NCBI GenBank assembly: GCA_002633005.1 | Contig: NMRA01000757.1 | Location: forward strand, 30,990-94,989 | DNA: 64,000 nt | Direction of reading: 5' to 3' | Source: Phoronis australis | Lineage: Eukaryota > Animalia > Phoronida | Shown here: positions 60,482 to 64,000 of the stretch, in pieces | Position numbering within the stretch: the first letter of the stretch is position 1 | How the letters are laid out: each line of letters opens with the position of its first letter | Position numbers and translations under genes: made by a program | The notes under the pieces: generated by a model | Databases searched by the model: none | What the model was told of the DNA's origin: nothing | Seen by the model: only the letters and a program-made list of their open reading frames with translations

Positions 60482-62507
60482 CTGAAGTAAACAACAGATA
60501 TGCTCAGTCTTCACTTATTTAGCATATAACATGTCTGGCAAGTGAAATTCTATTTTGTCCAGTCTGTCCATAAAAAAGCTTACTAACATGTTGGTTTATT
60601 ACCAACATGGTATGCAGTGTGTGGGTGGCGTAAAACAACATTTGGAAAAGTTTTCCTTAATTGTATTAAGGTAATTAGTCTTTGAAAATTAGATGAATGA
60701 CTTCTGTGCAAAATAAGTCCAGAATTACACAGGTGTTAATGAGCACAGGGTCAAAGTTGAAGTGGATAATTACGAGACATTGTAGTTGAGAACAAAATAA
60801 GCATGTTTTCGGTAATACGCAAAATACTGAAATCCTGTCGGTATTCAACTTTTGTCTGCATTCACAATTAAACTCTCTGAACAACAGTGAAATCTCGCAA
60901 GAACACGATAAGCCAAACAAGGAAAATTTTATCATTGCTCATTATTCCATGAAAGATATATAGGACTAAATTTTTGCCCTTTCCGTGTTCAAGTTGTGTG
61001 ATATAGCTAGCACCAGACAATATTTGATGAATTGTGGTCATTGAACTCATTATTAGAAGACCTTGAAAAATGAAAAAAAATGATTTTGGTAATTAATTTT
61101 GTCCGAAATATTTTTGCCATAATAACTACGAAACTCTACAGTCGAATATCTAAGGAAATGATTAGACGCTCATGAGACACAGGCAGTTAATCGTGCAACA
61201 CTTGCTAATATGTTTCCTCAAGTCAGTCAGAGGAGTTAAGCATGAACGAGAGTCTAGATTGGAAAACCGAAGGGTAGAGTTCAACAGCTGTCTTACAGCG
61301 AGAAAAATATAACCAAAACTACAGCAAAACATGGAGATAAATTAACGTTATGTGAACCCTGATCTTCGCAATAGCTCAAGCATCAATTGTTTTGTTTTTC
61401 TTAAATATGGCATTTAGTTACCTAAAAAGTCACTTTGGTCTCTTTTATTTGCTTAAGGGTCCAAAAATCCCAGAATTTCCTTTAAAAGACCACTTTTGAC
61501 AGCTGTTTTGTAGCTACTTGAATACGCACACACGAGATAATCAGTGAGCAAAAGTGTGATGTGTATAATACTGTCACACATCTCAACATTGTGGTAAGTC
61601 AACACAGTTATTACTTGAGTTTTAGCTGTGTGTAAAACGGCAACACAAGGGGATGCTGTACTAAGTCATATTCAATAATGCTCTTACAAGCTTATGAGGG
61701 GTGGGACAATACACATTTTTAGGATTTCTTTTTGCTAGGCGGAATTTGATTATATTTTATTCTATTCTGACTTGTTTGTCAAACTAATTCATTTTTCCCA
61801 AATATAAATAGGTAATTCAACACAAGTACCAACAAAATTGTTAAATATGATTCCAACTAAGGAACGACCTTAATCAGTACACTTGATCAATATCTCACTA
61901 ATACTCTTCAAAAGATATAAGATGCAAATAAATCGTAACTTTGTATGACACCTAACAGCTGAAATTGGAACTATAAATCAAATCGAAATGGGGCTTAGCA
62001 TATAAAAATCAAAATCGGTCATGCCCGCATCGTGATTCCATTATTACAAGTCGATTTGCACCACTATAGTTAATGTTTGACATATGACACAATGTAACAC
62101 CAGGGGGCATTGTTATGCAAGTTCACACTGTATAGCAGGACAGGCAACATCATTTATACAGCTATTGATTAAGTTTAAATGCACCACCCCACCATAGTAC
62201 CATGACCTTTCTCATATTGGAATAGTCTGCCCTACATCACACAGTCAATATTTGTAATCAAACATAGACAGAAAAGTAATTCAACTGCCTTTAATTTCCA
62301 GTTTTATCCCCACTGTTATCATATTGACGCACAGTCTGTCTATTGCCAGGTGTCATATGTGGCAACATTATGACAACCAAATAGACAATCCATGTGATAA
62401 AAGGAAGACATTATTCTATTGGATCATATTTCCGCAGTAGTTCAGTCACCATAGGCCATCTTAGGTGTGAATAGAATTCCAGCTATATATCAAATACATA
62501 GAAATAA

Positions 62508-62747
62508 AACACAAGTAGTACAAGTTAGTGGTGCAAGCACAACACAAATAACACAAGTTAGTGGTGCAAGCACAACACAAATAACACAAGTTAGTGATGC
62601 AAGCACAACACAAATAACACAAGTTAGTGATGCAAGCACAACACAAATAACACAAGTTAGTGGTGCAAGCACAACACAAATAACACAAGTTAGTGGTGCA
62701 AGCACAACACAAATAACACAAGTTAGTGGTGCAAGCACAACACAAAT
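62508..62747. repeat. 33-bp minisatellite x7
   Basis: ACACAAGTTAGTGRTGCAAGCACAACACAAATA. Confidence 0.94.
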
Positions 62748-63002
62748 CTCCAATGTCAGGACGATAGAGACACCATAGAAAAACAAAAATCACCATAAGG
62801 CAACAAATCATAAAGACAACTGATAGTTGAAGACTCAAATTTGAAATGAATTTCAATCTAAATACATCCCATTCACGGTAACAAATGCACATGTTATCCA
62901 CTCCTTCGAACGAGCGTATGATTTTATTTCCAAGAAATCAGTTCTCATGTGAAGACCAATTAATCTTACAACCATGGTAAAAGTTACTCTCTTTGAAGAA
63001 AG

Positions 63003-63385
63003 GCAGGCTATTAGCAGTGTTGAGTTGAGGATCTAAGGTCTCATCTTTGTACTCAAAGCAGGCTATTAGCAGTGTTGAGTTGAGGATCAAAGGTCTCATC
63101 TTTGTACTCAAAGCAGGCTAATAGCGGTGTTGAGTTGAGGATCAAAGGTCTCATCTTTGTACTCAAAGCAGGCTATTAGCAGTGTTGAGTTGAGGATCAA
63201 AGGTCTCATCTTTGTACTCAAAGCAGGCTATTAGCAGTGTTGAGTTGAGGATCAAAGGTCTCATCTTTGTACTCAAAGCAGGCTATTAGCAGTGTTGAGT
63301 TGAGGATCAAAGGTCTCATCTTTGTACTCAAAGCAGGCTAATAGCGGTGTTGAGTTCAGGGTCAAGTCTCATCTTTGTAGTCAAA
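63003..63385. repeat. 55-bp minisatellite x7
   Basis: AGGCTATTAGCAGTGTTGAGTTGAGGATCAAAGGTCTCATCTTTGTACTCAAAGC. Confidence 0.95.
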
Positions 63386-64000
63386 ATCAAACTCTAAAAT
63401 ATTTTTGAAAATTTCCATCCTATGTTTCTATTATTCTGTGCTAAAATACACATAGCTTGACCAAATATCATTTGATATAAATGTACAAGATGAAATCTGT
63501 TTTCTAAATTATCATTTTGTTTTCACTTTAATATGCAACTTTATTCATAACAGCAGGAAGAGATAACCAGGAAGGGACAACTGTTTTAGCGCATTTTAAC
63601 GTGATTTCAAACGTGATTTCAAAAGTAAATGTTCAAGTTATCTGGAATCCAAGCATTATTTTTGAAAGATTAACTCTTTAGCTATAAAATGACACCACTT
63701 TGGTCCTCAAAGACTGCATATTACTGGCACTGGGATGCTTTGAACGTGACATGTTTACCCTTCCAAAAGATGCTTCTTCCCAGGCATGTACTCGGGCATG
63801 AGCCTCTTTTTTGAACCAACAGATGTCACTAACATATGCAAATGAGGCTCGCATCGCTACGTCATACGACGTCATACGGCGCGAGCTTCCAATTTGAAAC
63901 GTCAGGTGCCTATAGTGTATGACTTGAAACGCAGTAGTCTACTTGATCGGGTATATCCTAGTATGATTCCAAGAAAACTAAGAACTCACCCAAGTCAATG

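Noticed and set aside
62461-62901. Cys-rich/Thr-rich repetitive ORFs (CCACTTNLCYL; QVSGASTTQIT)
   Set aside because: The 33-bp unit is a multiple of 3, so several frames on both strands are open; no supporting splice context or rotatin similarity.
17249-63385. Tandem arrays as CRISPR arrays
   Set aside because: Units are head to tail with no unique spacers, there are no cas genes, and the context is eukaryotic introns.
60482-64000. Further upstream RTTN exons
   Set aside because: No segment with both convincing splice sites and rotatin-like sequence was found by eye; they are probably beyond the window, though a short exon could have been missed.

Overview
Eukaryotic (metazoan, probably invertebrate) AT-rich genomic DNA with spliceosomal GT-AG introns and two assembly gaps. 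Most short ORFs in the supplied track are noise or exon read-through. Three genes were reconstructed by hand with splice-phase checks. (1) An SBSPON-like secreted somatomedin-B/thrombospondin-1 gene on the minus strand, whose first two coding exons are here. (2) A 5-exon, 266-aa secreted group III (bee-venom-type) phospholipase A2-like gene on the plus strand that has lost its Ca2+-loop glycines, the His-Asp dyad and the second catalytic Asp, so it is a probable pseudoenzyme. (3) 42 exons (about 1985 codons, 5' exons not found in the window) of rotatin (RTTN) on the minus strand. Introns carry many minisatellites, MITEs and other DNA-transposon derivatives, a LINE remnant, and several inverted-repeat elements with minimal hammerhead-ribozyme-like cores resembling Penelope-like retroelement termini. 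The most notable observations are the dead PLA2, the hammerhead palindromes, and three local duplications of RTTN splice junctions. Homology calls rest on recalled family motifs; no database search was run.
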